A stretch of 63,610 nucleotides of DNA, filler included, from Ionaspis alba (GCA_964255285.1; 15 parts of 15 records of this genome joined end to end with filler, not necessarily neighbours in it); one strand, 5' to 3'; positions 11,880 to 26,361 are shown, numbered from the whole stretch's first letter. A program made the numbers and translations. Notes: generated by a model from the letters alone, not told the origin.

Positions 11880-12860
11880 TTACGCTGCAACTGTCGAAGC
11901 GGTCCAGTGTGATCCGGGACGCATGGCTGTAAAGCTGGTAAGTTCATCTTCCTCATCATTTTCAGATCCATCTTCAGTCCCATCCATATTGAGCATCTGA
12001 AATCGATTGATCATTGCGTTGGCCTTCTTCGGGGGCGGTAGAGCACTTTCTCTCTTAGGAATATACTGTGTTTTTGGCAGAGGCTGGGCACATTCGTCAG
12101 CAACCCACTCGATCCGTGCGCCTTTATACGCAGCCCTAGACATCATGCACGTGCGAGCGAAGAGCGAATTATGGACGGAGTTGAGCGATATAATTGCGTC
12201 GCCATGCTGAAAGATGACATCGATGACAACTAGGTTGTGGATGTGATCAAGGTCTTCACGAATGCGGTCGGCGGTGATGCTCGGATGTACATTGCGGATA
12301 ACCAGGTTGCGTGTGGCTCCGTTGTGGATCTTGCCCGCAACATGTCCAGGGAGAATGAATTGGCGGTCATTCCACACAAATTCAATCTGGAAAATATATA
12401 TCAGCTGCTGTATACGGGGATGAGATTCTTCCCACTTACACGTTTCCCGTGAATGTAGATATCATTCCTTTTGACGTAATTCATCCAAGCTTGCGCCGCA
12501 GATCCCTCAACGAATGAGACGCTGGCAGATTTGTCATTCGATCGGAGGTAGATGTCCAGCAACGCCCCTCCACGAATGACATCCACGATATCCTTGTGAC
12601 CTGTACGATCCGATAGGTTCTTGAGTGCAACCGTACGTTGCTCCTGTCGTGCGTAGTGCTGTTTTTCGTGAGTCGGTGTAACCAAGCACGGTTCGTCTTT
12701 CTCGGGATCCGAGGGAAATGAAGTATCATCGTGACTGAAACTATGCTGTCGACCATTAGAGACCCTGTCCTTGCCGCGGCCACCGCTCGAGTGAATTTTC
12801 GTCGAAGGAAACGGCATTGAAGAAGCCGGTGTATAGCTCGTAGGCGGCGTAGGCATTCCA
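11880..12860 (-). CDS. RRM-domain RNA-binding protein (Nrd1/negative regulator of differentiation-like), 5'-truncated
   Basis: Two degenerate RRMs (RTVALKNL...ASVSFVEG and GATRNLVIRN...SLNSVHNSLFARTCMMSR...DECAQP), separated by one intron. Confidence 0.8.
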
Positions 12861-12960
12861 NNNNNNNNNNNNNNNNNNNNNNNNNNNNNNNNNNNNNNNN
12901 NNNNTTAATTAATTAANNNNNNNNNNNNNNNNNNNNNNNNNNNNNNNNNNNNNNNNNNNN

Positions 12961-15830
12961 TCCCCACCCCCTCCACAACTCCCCCAAGACCCTTCACCAC
13001 CCTCGCAACCTCAAAAACAACAGGCGGCAACCCATTCAACCACTCCTTCCACTCCGCATGAGCCACCACACCCTTTCCCTCCTCCTCCGCCGCCACAAGC
13101 TTAGCCCTACACCCCGCCAGGGTCCTTACAACCGGACCCGCAGCATCGCGCAAGCGGGTGTCAGCAGGATTGGAAGCAGTGGTGCTGTCGATGGTCTGTT
13201 GCGACTGGCCGATGATGTGGGCGATGATAGCCAAGATGGTGGAGAGCCGGTCGCGGATGATGGGGGGGTCGTCGAGGGTGCGGATGCTGGTTACGAGGGC
13301 TTGGATGGTGGTCAGGAGGTCGTCGGTTTGGTCGTCGAGGAAGAACTGGGGCTTTGTTAGTTTTTTCTTGTTCCTGCTGTGATGCGTGGAGCCTGCGAGG
13401 GATGGGGGTATGAATGCTTACCTTCAAGTCCTCGATCTCATTGGTCCGGCCTGCTGCGCTGTAGCTCGGCAGTCGGACGTTGTCCAGTACTCTGCTGTGG
13501 GGAAGACTGCCGCTGGATATCGAGCGCCGCGCTGCGTAGTCCCTGGTCTGGCTACCCGGCAGCTGGGTGAAATTCTGGCCAGGCGGTAGCGAGGGGACGC
13601 GCTGAGCGGTGGAGGCGGGGCTGTAGATGGATTCTGTGAGGCTGGAGTGGGCGTTCGAAACGCTGAAGTATTCTGGGGAGCCTGTTGGCATATTGCCTGC
13701 ATCTTCGTTGTCGTCTTCGAGCTCGGAGGCGGGCGTGGGTCGGATCTTGACGGTCTTGACGAGCTCGATGACGGAGGAGGCGAGATGCGAGGCTGCGGCG
13801 TCGAGGAGGGATACGGGCGATAGGCCACCGGCTTGGGCGTAGTTCTTCGAGGCGGTGATGAAGTTGTTGGCTGTTGCGGAGACTTTGGTTCGGAGCTTGG
13901 CGCGGTGTTGGGCGAGGGCGTCGGACGGGGAGGCGGTCGAGGGAATGTCTTGACAGATTAGACGGATGGCGGCGACTACCAGCTTCATGTTGTCAAGAAT
14001 CGTCTGAGGATCTCCGATGCGGGCGATGCGGAGCACTTCGTCGATGGCGATTTGGAATTTGGTCACATGGATATCTTTGACCAAGCCATCCTTTTGGGTG
14101 AAGGCTCCGCTTTTGGTGTACTGTCCTGCATCTGGCTGCTGGATCGAAAGTCCCATAGAATTTGTTCGCATAGTTCTCAACTGGGTTTTGGTACGAGCAT
14201 ATCGACTTTTCCACTCTTTGACCTCCTCTTCCAGTCTGTGCACTTGCTGGACCAACTTCTCTTCACGCTCATAGTTCTTGCTACTTCGTTCCGAAATTGC
14301 TTTCATTTCATCCAGGAATGCAGATGCCTCCTGCCGTACTTCATTCGTAACCTGCTGTTGCTCTTGTAGATCTCTCTGCAGCTCCTGATGGTCTTGTTGC
14401 AAGTCCTCGTAGCGAGACCTCCACTCATTTTCGCCGCTTTCTTGCTTGGCCATTGGATCGATTTGGGAGCGAAGACTCTGCTCCTTTTCTGAGTGGTAGG
14501 ACTTCACTTTGTCGATCTCCGACTGCAGGTTGTTGTTCAGGCTCAAAGCATTGGCAAGTTTTCCTTCCAGATCAGTGCGTAATTTCGACCATTCGTTACT
14601 AGCCTGCTTTTCATGTCAACGACCTCTCCAATGTATCTGCCAGACTATACGTACGCTCTCATTCTCTCGTTGGCTACCCTCGAGTCTGTCAATCACCAAT
14701 TCCTTATCCCGTACCTGCGACTCTAGCGTCTCGACCTTGCCCTGTAGATCGCTGACCTGATTCTTATAATCCACAATCATCTTCTGATCCCGGTCATTGC
14801 TTCCGAAGCTCTTACTCGTCGTACTCGTGTCTCTACGTCTCATTCCATAAATCTCATCATTATCCTCAGGTCCCGTCTGGTCATCATCATCCTCCACAAG
14901 ATAACTCTTGTTCGGCACAATAGTATTACTCTGAGAAGACTTAGGGGTCGGCCGACTGTATTCGTCCTGGCTTCCCATTCCTGGTATCCCCAGTCCAGCA
15001 AAGACCTGCCCTCCTAATGATCCTTGCCTCGGAGGATAAGGTCTTCTGCTTCCCTGCTGGCTGCGCGAGTCAGGTCTCATCCCATTTGGTGTGCCAGCTC
15101 GACTTGGTGGCCCTCGCATGCTATTTGCTGGACTGTCCCTGCGCTCGATGTATGCTCCAGTGAATCTTGGAAACCTGCGCTCAAGCTCGAAGAAGACATC
15201 CGTGGCAAGAGCTTTGAATCGAGGATCGGGCAGCGTCGAAAGCTTTTGCCGTGCTTGATTGCGCTTGGGGTGGAAATTCGGCATGGGCTCTAGGAATCCC
15301 TCTACCCTTTTCCCCGGCGTATTGTTGGGCTCTCGCTGCCCATCTACCCGTTGCCGACGTAGAAGCTCATCGTAGACATCGGTGCTCAATTCTTGGAACT
15401 GCACAGGTGACAGTCGAAGCAGTTTGTCGCGCGCTCGATTTGGCTTTCCTTCTGCTTGATCTTGTCGTAAAGATTCCTTAAGAAACTCCTTCAGAACGTT
15501 GTAGTGTTGTATTAAATTGTCCTCCATCATCGACTGTTTCCTCCTCTGCGCTTCCATCGATAGAGTGGTGCCATTGCTCGATCTCGCGATCGAACTCGGT
15601 GGTGAGGGATTGCCTCGACTCGGTATGGGTCTGCCTCCGTTCATGCCGTTGGACAGGTTTCCATTCATGCCCATATGGGACCCGGAGACCGGAGGTGTGA
15701 TGAGATTGTTGCGACTGTTGGAAGCCACGCTCGGTGAATAAGACCGTTCAGGAGGTTGGTACCGGGTGGCTCCAGACCATTCACTACTCGCAATAGAAAC
15801 AGGCGACAGAGTGCCGGGATACCCGTTCAT
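12961..15830 (-). CDS. SPA2: Polarisome scaffold Spa2/SpaA, 3'-truncated, multi-exon
   Basis: Tandem Spa2-homology (GIT) repeats RARDKLLRLSPVQFQELSTDVYDELLRR and QARQKLSTLPDPRFKALATDVFFELERR, a coiled coil, and SATANNFITASKN...SPVSLLDAAASHL. Confidence 0.93.
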
Positions 15831-17024
15831 AGTAGTAGTATAGGAATATTGCAACGAGGTTATATGATCGCATGCGTGGAGCAAAAGAATGAGTGGCCGG
15901 TGAGGGGCGCGTACAACAAGATCCTGGGCTCAGCCCTGTTTGGAAGCGGCGTGGGGACGTGGAAGGCTCTGTGGCATTGGAGTAAGAGAGAAGATGAGAG
16001 GATTGTTAGTCCAACAGACAGAAACAAAAGAGCGACGACTGTATTATTATTATTACTACTACAAGAGAGTGAGTGTGGTGATGAGTGCGATGGACAAGAG
16101 AGAGGTCATGCACATTTAATTGACAGACTCATTCTGCCATCCCCGTCCCCTATTATTTACAGCGAGCATTACTAGTGGAAGCACCAGTCTTTAGGCGGGT
16201 GGTGCTCTCCCTGCTACCATACCAACCAATGCGCATGCAGCTTGCCCGTCCTGCAGGTCCGCTTGCCGGTAGAGCGTGGAATTCGGGAAGCGCCAGGCAA
16301 TAACCCTGTTTAGCAGCAATAAGATAATTCTTCCAGTTCTTCTCTCCTTCTGTGCAGAACTCCATCTTCAAGCGAGTGAACCATGGTTCCATATCCTTCT
16401 GGGGGATCACTCTCTGAATTCTATCGACTTGTATATCTCTTCTGGTTCTATGAGCTTAGAGATGGTCTACTTGGGTAGACAGTAATGCTGCGAAAATTAT
16501 TTCATGCTCCTATTGCACTTCAGATGAAGAACAAGGATCTGAACCGTCCAACGGTTTAGGGCAAATATTAGATGAGCCAATCATATAATGATATTGGACT
16601 ATCTATGCTAGTAGTCGGGTGGATCCTACCGTACTCTCTCGCATGACCGGTCAGCAGTAACATTCACGACATACTTTCAGAGATGTAACATGCACTGTGA
16701 GATGCATCGGCAGCTTAGCGAGTTGGTTACAGAATCGCATGATGGCGCTCTTGGAAAAACGACATACTGTCTACAAGATAGCCTTACATTGGTCTACATG
16801 TACACATGCAAGAATTGTTCAGAGTGTCTCGAGTGCTTGCGATCACTCCAATGGCTATAGATTGTTTTCCTCCATGCACATTAGCAATAGTGGTAATATC
16901 GTTGATGACGGACAGGCTAAAATCGCACTGGGTATCTCTTCCATAAATCCACACATCAGCACAATTGACCCACTTCGCAAAGATGCCACTAAATAACAAT
17001 CACTTCCCTCAAAACCCCGCATCC

Positions 17025-17166
17025 TCAAAACCACGCCAAAGTCCACAGCGCCGGTAACTGCGGCCACCTCTCCTGCCACTCCGCCAACACCTCCGGCACC
17101 CTCTGATCAAACTCCCTCCTGCCCTCTCCCACGCCATTTCCCCACCCCTCCTCCCCTCCCTTCTCC
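17025..17166 (-). CDS. Possible 3' end of an unidentified gene (...[31 protein letters not shown])
   Basis: An open, protein-like frame enters from the contig edge. It has the G-rich sense strand seen at other gene ends in this window. Confidence 0.35.
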
Positions 17167-17666
17167 NNNNNNNNNNNNNNNNNNNNNNNNNNNNNNNNNN
17201 NNNNNNNNNNTTAATTAATTAANNNNNNNNNNNNNNNNNNNNNNNNNNNNNNNNNNNNNNNNNNNNTTATATATTAATTGTTCCCTTCCGCTCCTATCTA
17301 TGCAGACCTACAGGATCAATAACGGAAGGCATGATCTCGTGGCGTCCATGCAATACCGCCCGATTCTTGGCCCGCGTCAAAGTCAAAGGAGCTAGCACAA
17401 GCGGGGTATGGAGAACAGACCGGGGAAAAACGGGGAACTCGCAAGCACATTATTCTACATCCCAGTGGGGGTGCGCATCCTCCGCATCAGTGGCTGGTCC
17501 GGGGTGGAGATGGGCCCCTAGAGAGAGTAGTGCTTAACCATCGACGGCATTTCATCCACCCCCAAAATGCCTTTGGTCCGGAATCATAAGAGCGACCCTG
17601 CTCGCCCCGTTCTACTCCTATTCTCGTCCCCGAACCGAAAACCACATAGTTCTTTGTTTGACAGAC

Positions 17667-19392
17667 ATGAAGCCGTCAACGGAGCGCGTGCTCGATAGCG
17701 ATAGCGGGCGAACGCCTTCGGATGAGGAGAAGAGAGTGGCTGTTGATCCGATTGCGTCGGAGAAATATCGTCATGGTGACCTGCCTGATGATCCGGATGT
17801 TGGTGTGAGCGATGAGGAGAGAGCGCGTATCGTGAGCCAACAACAAATAACACCGTAGATTGACATTTTGTGTGCGCAATGCTGACAATGTCGAACAGGA
17901 TCGCAGACTCTTATGGAAGCTTGATCTCAAGCTCATTCCCTGGCTCTGTCTGCTCTATCTGATCTCCTTCCTCGATCGTAAGTCCTTATCACTGCCAATA
18001 TTTGTCTTCGTCGTCGCATACTGAAATTCCTCGAAAAAGGAACCAATGTCGGAAATGCCAAAATCGCTGGTCTGGACAAAGACATCGGTATTCTCGACAA
18101 GCAAAATGAATACAATGCCGCCCTGTCCATTTTCTTCGTCTCCTACTCCCTTGCCGAACCCGTGACCAACGTCCTCCTCAAACGCCTACGTCCGAGTATC
18201 TTCATCCCCGCCATCATGCTTGCCTGGGGGATCGTCATGGTTTGCATGGGCCTCATTTCCAACTCTGCAGGTCTCATGACAACCCGCTTCTTCCTGGGCT
18301 TGGCCGAAGCGGGCCTCTTCCCGGGTGTCAATTACTATCTCTCCTGTTGGTATAAGCGCAGCGAGTTCGGTATCCGAGCGGCCATTTTCTTTTCGGCCGC
18401 CGCAGTCTCGGGGTCTTTTGGTGGTCTGCTGGCCGCTGCCATTGGCAAGATGGGCGGTATTGGCGGGAAAGGTGGGTGGGCCTGGATTTTTATCCTGGAA
18501 GGTCTGGCGACGGTCTTTGTTGGTATAGCCTCTTTCTGGATGGTCCACGACTTTCCGGATGACGCGACTTTCCTCTCCGACGCCGATCGGGCTCGAGTCA
18601 TCAGACGGCTCAAGGCCGACAAGCAATCGTCGGCCGAGCACGAGAATTTCAAGATGGCTTATGTTTGGGCTTCTCTCAAAGATTGGAAGACGTGGACTGG
18701 CGCGGTCATTTACATGGGTGCCGATGGCTCGCTCTATGCCTTCTCGCTTTTCTTGCCCTCGATCATTGCGGCGCTCGGTTACGCATCGACCACGGCACAA
18801 CTTCTTACTGTTCCGCCGTATGCGGCAGCTGCTTGTCTTACGATCTTCATCGGTTGGCTGGCAGATCGAACTCATCAGCGAGGTCTGTGCAATATTGGCG
18901 TTTCCTTCCTAGGTATCACCGGTTTCTGCATGCTCATCGCTACCGGTAACCCTCGTGTACAGTATGCTGGTACTTTCTTGGGCGCATTGGGCATCTATCC
19001 TTGCATTGCCAACACCATCTCTTGGACCAGTAATAATGTCGAGGGTGTCTACAAGCGAGGTGTCACTCTGGGCATAGTGATTGGATGGGGAAATCTGAAT
19101 GGTGTAGTCAGCAGCAACATCTATCGGGCCCAGGACAAGCCCAGATATCAGCTAGGTCACGGGGTGGTGATTGCTTACCTTGTACTGTTCTTGCTCGGTG
19201 GAAGCATTGTCCAATACACGTTACTGAGGGCTGAGAATGCTAAAAGGCTGGCTGGGAAACGGGATCATTGGGCCGCAGGCAAGACAGAGAATGAAATTGA
19301 GCTTCTCGGAGATAGAAGGTAAGACACAGTCCGTTCATTAGTCTCGATCATTGCTGACGAGAGATAGGCCTGACTTCATCTACACGCTGTAG
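17667..19392 (+). CDS. MFS transporter, anion:cation symporter (Dal5/Tna1 allantoate/nicotinate permease) family
   Basis: KLDLKLIPWLCLLYLISFLDRTNVGNA, RFFLGLAEAGLFPG, WYKRSE, GWAWIFILEG and the C-terminal PDFIYTL. About 12 TM segments. Confidence 0.94.
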
Positions 19393-20329
19393 ACTATTTA
19401 CATGTATGGTGGACGGTGCGGGAAACGTCTCTTCTTGTTGGACTCCTTTTTCAGTCAGCTTCCGTCGCGATGGACTGATGTGTCTTCCATTTGTTCCATA
19501 TTCTTACCTAGCGTTACAAATAGACGAGGGTATAATACAGATTACCTCTCCGTCGATCAACTCTAAAGGTCCGCTTTTGTACCTTACTTCAGCGTGTCAT
19601 CTCAGTCGAATCATCCTATACAATCAATCCTGAGATTTTGCATCGGATCAATGAAAATGAAACCTCTCTCGATCGTGGGTGGCTATTCGATCCCTGATGA
19701 CATGCCACGTTCGATTCTCTTTTCTGTCATCCCTCGTAGTCTACATATGTACAAGGTCTGGTAAAGCGTTGAGATATCGTTACCTATAAGTCCACATATG
19801 ACTAACAAATATGGGTCTACCAGTGGTAAACATACGTAAGAGAGCCCTTATACAATAATACAAGGCGGGGCGCGTAGAAGAACTCGTGTAAAAGAACTCG
19901 ATTGTCAGCCCTTGAACCAGGAGATGATAACAATTTAACATTTAATAAACCATATGATTTTCACTTCTTAATTGGTCGACTCAATCGATTTGTAAAGCCA
20001 CGCAGGCAAACTGATTCCCACAACCAAATATTAGCAATTAACACCGGCAGACGTTCGGCTCGTCGTGATAAATTACTGTAATATAGCTGCGTAGAGTGAA
20101 GGAACGTTAAGCCCATCATTCTCGTAGGCTCTGTGAAATGAATGAACATTGAGAAACAACTTCATGGACAGCGTAAGATGAGTATGCATTAGGCCTGAGG
20201 AGATTATGAGCGTCATAAAAGTCAATGAACCCTAAGCACAACAGCATTCTGCTCTCATATCTGAACGTCCTACACCATGAATACATCTCCCCGCAATATT
20301 CTCAATTCGGGCACGCCAACCACAGCTCC

Positions 20330-21464
20330 CTACACAGCCCTACTCGCCGTATCTGCCGCATTAACCACAGGCCCCTTGAACCTACTCGCGACCTGGCTCG
20401 GCGTGGAGCAAAAACTTGGAGGAACATCCAGAGCAGGATTCTTGAGAAAGAAATTCCTCGGACGCAGGAGCAAGGTCATTGGCTCAGCCGGCATGACAGG
20501 GAAGTCCTCCGGGGATGGGAAATGCGTAATGCCGAAGGTGTGCCACAGCACGACATCCGTGTTCTCGATGCTCTCATCACCGTGCGCTTCGATCCATTCG
20601 GGTAATCCACGTGACGGGTCGCCGGATGTTTGGGGAACGTGACGACCGGCGGGATAGAGCTGGTCGTCTGAGTCTGGGAGAGGATTAGCATATACACTCC
20701 ATCTTATAACTTTCATTACTCGTACACTTTGTGACGTGAACGGCGTGTCTTGCAAATCCAGCACGTTTCCAGACAAGGCTGCCTTTCTTCGGTAAGAGAG
20801 CCGGTACTTCCCTGCTGACAAGTTTGTAGCTCACGGGCTTATGGCTGTAAGGGTTGATCTTGTTAGTGTTCGACATCTCCCATGTTCTGCTGGAATTGCC
20901 ATCGTAATCTGCCATAGCTTCTCTCGGCGTCGTGTACTTTGTCTTCTTGGCATAGAAAGCGTTGCCGTACTTGTTCTCTGCACTGCCGACTTCTCCGGGA
21001 CCGGTCACAGCGTCGACTTGAAAAACGGTATTGAGCGGACCGTCGATATTTGGATCTACTCTTAGACAGAAGAGATGCTGGTGGTTGTGCGCGTTGACGC
21101 CAGGGTAGACCTCGGTGCCCCAACTTTTGGTGTCTTCGCCAGGGTTCATCGAGTAGGTGTTCAAAATCCCAGTCAGCTTGATCTCTAGCTGAACAGTCCC
21201 ATCCTGATGGAAGATCCAGTATACGCAGTATTCATAATTTGCGGCCGTGAAAACGTGGGAAATGAGCAGTTTCCGGCCTCGTGTCACTATGACAGAGTCG
21301 TCACGGAAATCGGTATGCTTGAAAAGAATCCCGGCGTCCTCCTCGTGTATACATATCGCGTTTTTGATCGTCTGACTCGCTCCGGCACGATTGACGAAGG
21401 CGGCATCCATGTAGTGAATAGCGCCCTTGCAGTCACAACCAAGGGCAAGACTATTGGTCATATA
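20330..21464 (-). CDS. Copper amine oxidase (TPQ-dependent), 5'-truncated
   Basis: TPQ consensus FTAANYEY, Cu ligands HNHQH and WHTFGITHFPSPEDFPVMP, and NSLALGCDCKG. Confidence 0.96.
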
Positions 21465-21710
21465 NNNNNNNNNNNNNNNNNNNNNNNNNNNNNNNNNNNN
21501 NNNNNNNNTTAATTAATTAANNNNNNNNNNNNNNNNNNNNNNNNNNNNNNNNNNNNNNNNNNNNTTAAGTGGGTTCTGCGGATCTTGCGGGGTGTGAGTG
21601 CAGCAACGATCGTTCATTTCAGTATTCCGGAGACTCAGCAATGCTGAAGCTGCAAGCTAGTGCATGATCAGTTGTAAAGCTCGCGAGGCTTCAATCCCGT
21701 CGGCATAAGC

Positions 21711-24700
21711 TCAACTCCCGATGTCACCCCTTTTACAACGGACCTCCGAAAGGAGCTTTTCACACTCTCCAATCTGTGTCAACAATGCAGGACTGGTCTG
21801 TTGAGCTCGCCATACCAGCAAAGCCTTGTCGACAGCGTCTTCTGCGTCCTTCCACCGCTGCGCAGCGTTGCAATCTCTGGCGATTGCCATGGCCAGATGA
21901 GCGAGGACGACCTGATGCTCACCGCCCTGGATGGTCTCGCCTTCAATCCAGGCTTCGCCAAAAATCTCAATCGCACGAGGAAGGTGACAGCGAGCCATAT
22001 AGACCGCGCTCAGAGAGGCAAGGGCGAGACAGCGCGTGGCGTCTCTGGCCGGAAATTGGGATCTCGTTGACAGCACTTGGTTGAGGACCTGTTGTGCTTC
22101 ATCCAAGTCGCCAGCTTTCCGACAGATGCGCGCCTTGATCCTTTGAGCTTCGAGGGTATCGGCATGGCTTGTTCCGAAGATTCTCGATCGGGCTTCTATC
22201 ACGTCATCTATGGACTGCCGCGCTTCAGTGTATCTTTGTGTGCTTTCGAAGCCATCCACTAAAGAGCGGAGTGCTATCAAGGCATTTTGACTGTCTGCGC
22301 CTTCGATCCGGCGCCACTCGTCCGCTTCGTCTTTGCGGAGATCTATCACGTTGTCCCATTTCTCGAGCTTTACGTACAGTGCGGCAATCTGTGAGGCTTG
22401 AGCAATGGTTTGCGGGCTATCCGGATCCATCTTTTTTCGAGCCAGGTAAAGTTCTCGGCGAGCCTCGATGGCCTTCGGCCAATCTGTGATTTCCTCATAG
22501 ATTTCAGCGAGATAAGACATATTTCCAAGCGTAGCCTCATTCTCTTTGCCTATGGTGGCTTTTCGAGCCTCTATTAGCTGGTTTTGCATCTCGACAGCCT
22601 CTTCAAAACGCTTCAATCGCCGCAGACAAACCACGAGAGACCCGATTTCATTCAAGGTGGTCGTGCTCTCCGGTCCGTCAAGCTGACTCCGCAATTTGAC
22701 TAGTTCCGTGCATGTCTTGTGCTCAGCCTCCAGCTGTGGTGGATTTTGAGCAGAATAGCTGTAGCGAAGCCGCTGCAAAAGATCGACGAAATCGTGGTCG
22801 TATTTTTCTTGCTTTCGCCATGCTTCAGCTACTTCTTCAAGTAACAATGTTGCCTGGTCGTGGGCGTCGCAGAGAGACAGGTTCCGCCCGAACCGGTATT
22901 TTGCATCCAGCACATCGAAGCTTCCCCGCTTTGCTGCTCCACTGGCCTCTGCCAAGGAGGTATGAAAGCGTGAGATGCAATTCTGTACTAATGACAAACC
23001 TTTCTCTTTAGCGCCCGTCTTTTCATAGCTGTCGTAGAGGTTTGACATTATCATGCACGAGAGATTATGCCAGATCTCGTAGCGTTCAATACACACTTCC
23101 AGAAGACTACTGAATAAGTCCTCTGCTTCCTCATGCTTGTTCATATTCTTCCAAAGACAAGCGAGGTTGTTCCGAGAGATGACTAGACTGCGGTCGGCTG
23201 GATCGCTCGTCCTGGTAAGATGGACGTGGATAGCCGACTCGAAGCATGATTCCGCTTTGGCAAGTTCTCCTTGAGAATGATATAAAGAGCCTAGGTTCGA
23301 AATAGCGGTGGAAATGTTGACATCCCCGGGTTCGAAAAGATCTTCAACCGTCTTCACATTTTGTTCGAGCAGTGCGGTCGCCTCAAGGAGTCGAGACTGC
23401 TGAGCAGTCTTCGCAAGAGTATTTGCCTGCCACTTTACGGAGTTTTGAAGGTGAAGGCCCAACGTGCCTAAAATATTGCTGAGAACCTTTGCATCTCCTA
23501 TTTCTGTGTAATTTTTCTGAAGTACGCGAAGTTCTTCGATCGACTCGTCGTATCTACGGAGATTTGCCAGAAGTTTGCTGCGAGCGAATCTCACAATCAA
23601 GGTTTCCTTATCATTTGCAGGGAGCAAACGTTCTCGCCCCTGGATCACCCGTAGATAGTGGTCTGCTGCCTCGGCCTCTCGTCCGAGATCTCGTAGAGTA
23701 TCGGCAACCCTGTCAACACAGGATAAAACATGCAACTCGTCTGATGGCTCATCAGACTCCGCCTTGGCAAGTTCTGCCCGCCTTGTCTCCAACTGGATTG
23801 CCAGGCTCTGGGCGAGATTAACCGGGTCACCTTTCGCGCGCCGGCTCTCTCTTGCGAATACCGACGAGATTCTATAAGGATCCTGCATCTGTGCAGCCTG
23901 CCCCGGCTCAAGCGTAGTCTTAAGATCCTCCCTTATCGTTCGGTGTTGCACGGCTATCGCCTTGTTTCCTAATGCATCATGTACGGAAGCCAGGTGCCCG
24001 TGGACTAGCATGCGTGTTAGGACACTATTGCTATTCTCAATCTCCTCCGAAAGTAGCGCTTCCAAGTCTCCTACTGCCCTTTGTAAGTCGACCACGTTTG
24101 CCTTTCCTTCCTCGAATCGAATTTTATGAACCACTGCATGGGCCCGATTCAAGATCAGATCCCCACCTCCAACTGACCTTAGTGTGTTCTCGAGGATTCG
24201 ATGAGAGATCTCCACCTGGGGTTCTGATGCGGCAGAAGCTTCCCTGAGGCCCAAGAATTGTGCAACATTGCTTCTGAGCTGGCCAGCCTCCGCCAGCAAT
24301 TCATTCACTGTTGTCACTTCAAGAGACGATCGACCACGCATTATTTCAAATCCCCGTGTGTTCAGGGCTATACTCCGAGAGACAAGATCGCGTAGATCTG
24401 GATCTGTATGTTTCCAAATTTGAAACATGGGGCGAGTTTTAACATAACTCCACTGAATCAAGTATTCTTTTATAGGCTTCTGTAACAGGTCGCTGCAGAA
24501 AATGGCACGCATAAGGGCGTTCACGGTAGCCACCTCCAGATCTGTTGCAATGCTCCAGGTTTTGTAATCGCAATCCTGAGATTCAGTATCATAACCGCCA
24601 GTGTCAGAGTTTGTGAATTTTTGGCGGGTCCAGGTGATAACCCGCAGTGCTTTCTGAATGAAGAGACTGAGCACGCGATCTGCAAGTCTCATCCGTCTTG

Positions 24701-25734
24701 GATCCGACAGAGCTGCTGTTGACATGAAATACTGCACTTGCCAGTGTTCTCCGACAGGCCATGAGTCCGTTCGCTGGTAGCTAATTATCAAAGACAGGTA
24801 ATTGAAGAAGTCAAAGTCGAGTTCAAACTTCATTGCCTCATGAACTGGAGATGAGGGATGATATGCACTACAACGCGCCCACTCAAATACCCGATATCTG
24901 TACTGGGCATCTCGAGCAATCTCAATATCTTCCACAACACTTTGTGGATAAAGAGCTCGCACAACTGTACTCTGAGACACCAGCGAGATAAGTGGGTTGA
25001 TGGAAGAACAAATGCTGCGCAATTGGTGTCCCGAGCTGCCAAAATTTCGCTCAACTGGACCCTGTACGAAATGCAACAGATGTTTGGTTCGAGCGTCGCA
25101 GAATTTGGCGAAAGATTTCGTTGCTGCGTACAAGCAATAATGGGCAATGGCTGGGGAAAGCCCGAAGGCTTCCTTGCTCGTCAACTTTTTGTAATTATAG
25201 CGTTGGTCGCGAACGCCTTCCTCCGAGAACTCGCAAAGATGATTACGAAATCTGATGAAAGCTTCATCTTTCAAATAGCGTCTCACTACGAGGAGAATGC
25301 CAAATGTGATAATGAAGGTTTCGAGATTATGGGGTAGATTATGCCAGAAGCCGAGGAAGACCGCAGCAGAGTAGAAGCCACAATTCGCAAGCTTACGGTT
25401 AGTTGCGGGTTCTCGAATCATCGGATTAAAGGTTCTGTGACCTTGCCGGAGCATCTGAATAGAATGATTCAGCGACTCAAGAGAATCATCCGAGACAGTG
25501 AATGGATAATCTTCTAAAGGTAAGACGTCATCATGGGACGCGTCGACACTGTAAAAACTTGAATCCGTATTGACATCATCTGCAATCCACTCAAGGATTT
25601 CAACCACCGCACGTGCTCCTCCATCGGAGGCAAGTCTCTCGTTGTCCAGGAACACTGGCCGTAGCTGGAGCAAAGACAATAGATGAGACAGTATTGTGGC
25701 AGAAGGATCCTCTGCAAAATGCTTCGCCAAATCG
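21711..25734 (-). CDS. Large (>1339 aa) TPR-repeat protein, 5'-truncated
   Basis: Uninterrupted 4-kb ORF. The C-terminal half has kinesin-light-chain-like TPR repeats (AISNLGSLYHSQGELAKAE, SRNNLACLW, GKENEATLGNMSYLA, GTSHADTL). Confidence 0.85.
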
Positions 25735-26361
25735 NNNNNNNNNNNNNNNNNNNNNNNNNNNNNNNNNNNNNNNNNNNNTTAATTAATTAANNNNNNNNNN
25801 NNNNNNNNNNNNNNNNNNNNNNNNNNNNNNNNNNTATGTTCAACTTCCAAGAGATGGCAGCTCTAGAGCATCTCCAATTCCTGGTTACGCATCGTCCTCG
25901 ACCTGCATAAGTTAGAGAAGCCATGCCTGCGCTCCTTCGTTGCGCTGCAGTAAGCGCTTTCAGGCGCTTCGTGTGGCAGGTTATTCCACGGATAGGAGAT
26001 CTATTCTAGGTTCCACAATGTGCTGAGCCTCACATTATCCTTCACAGTCATCACGGTCATCATACTGCATATTTTCTGAATCATATGAACCCCAAAGTCT
26101 TCCTGTCGTCTGACGGGGATCTCGTCATCACTGACTCCGGTTTTAGGGCGGATATGGAGCTCTCTACTTTGTGCTTCTTGGTAAGACGTTAAAAAGGTCA
26201 TGCAAGGACTACCTAGCGCAATCGAGAATTTGATTGGTTAGCAATTCTCTGTCCACAATGACTAATTCAAGAGCTCGATCATAGAAGATCTATCGGTATT
26301 GAAAGTTCCTCAAGTAACATACTTATAATCACAATCAAATTGTCTCACCAAAAACCTTGCA

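Noticed and set aside
17667..21464. MFS transporter plus copper amine oxidase as a catabolic gene pair
   Set aside because: They are convergent genes from large families, with nothing in the sequence supporting a functional link.
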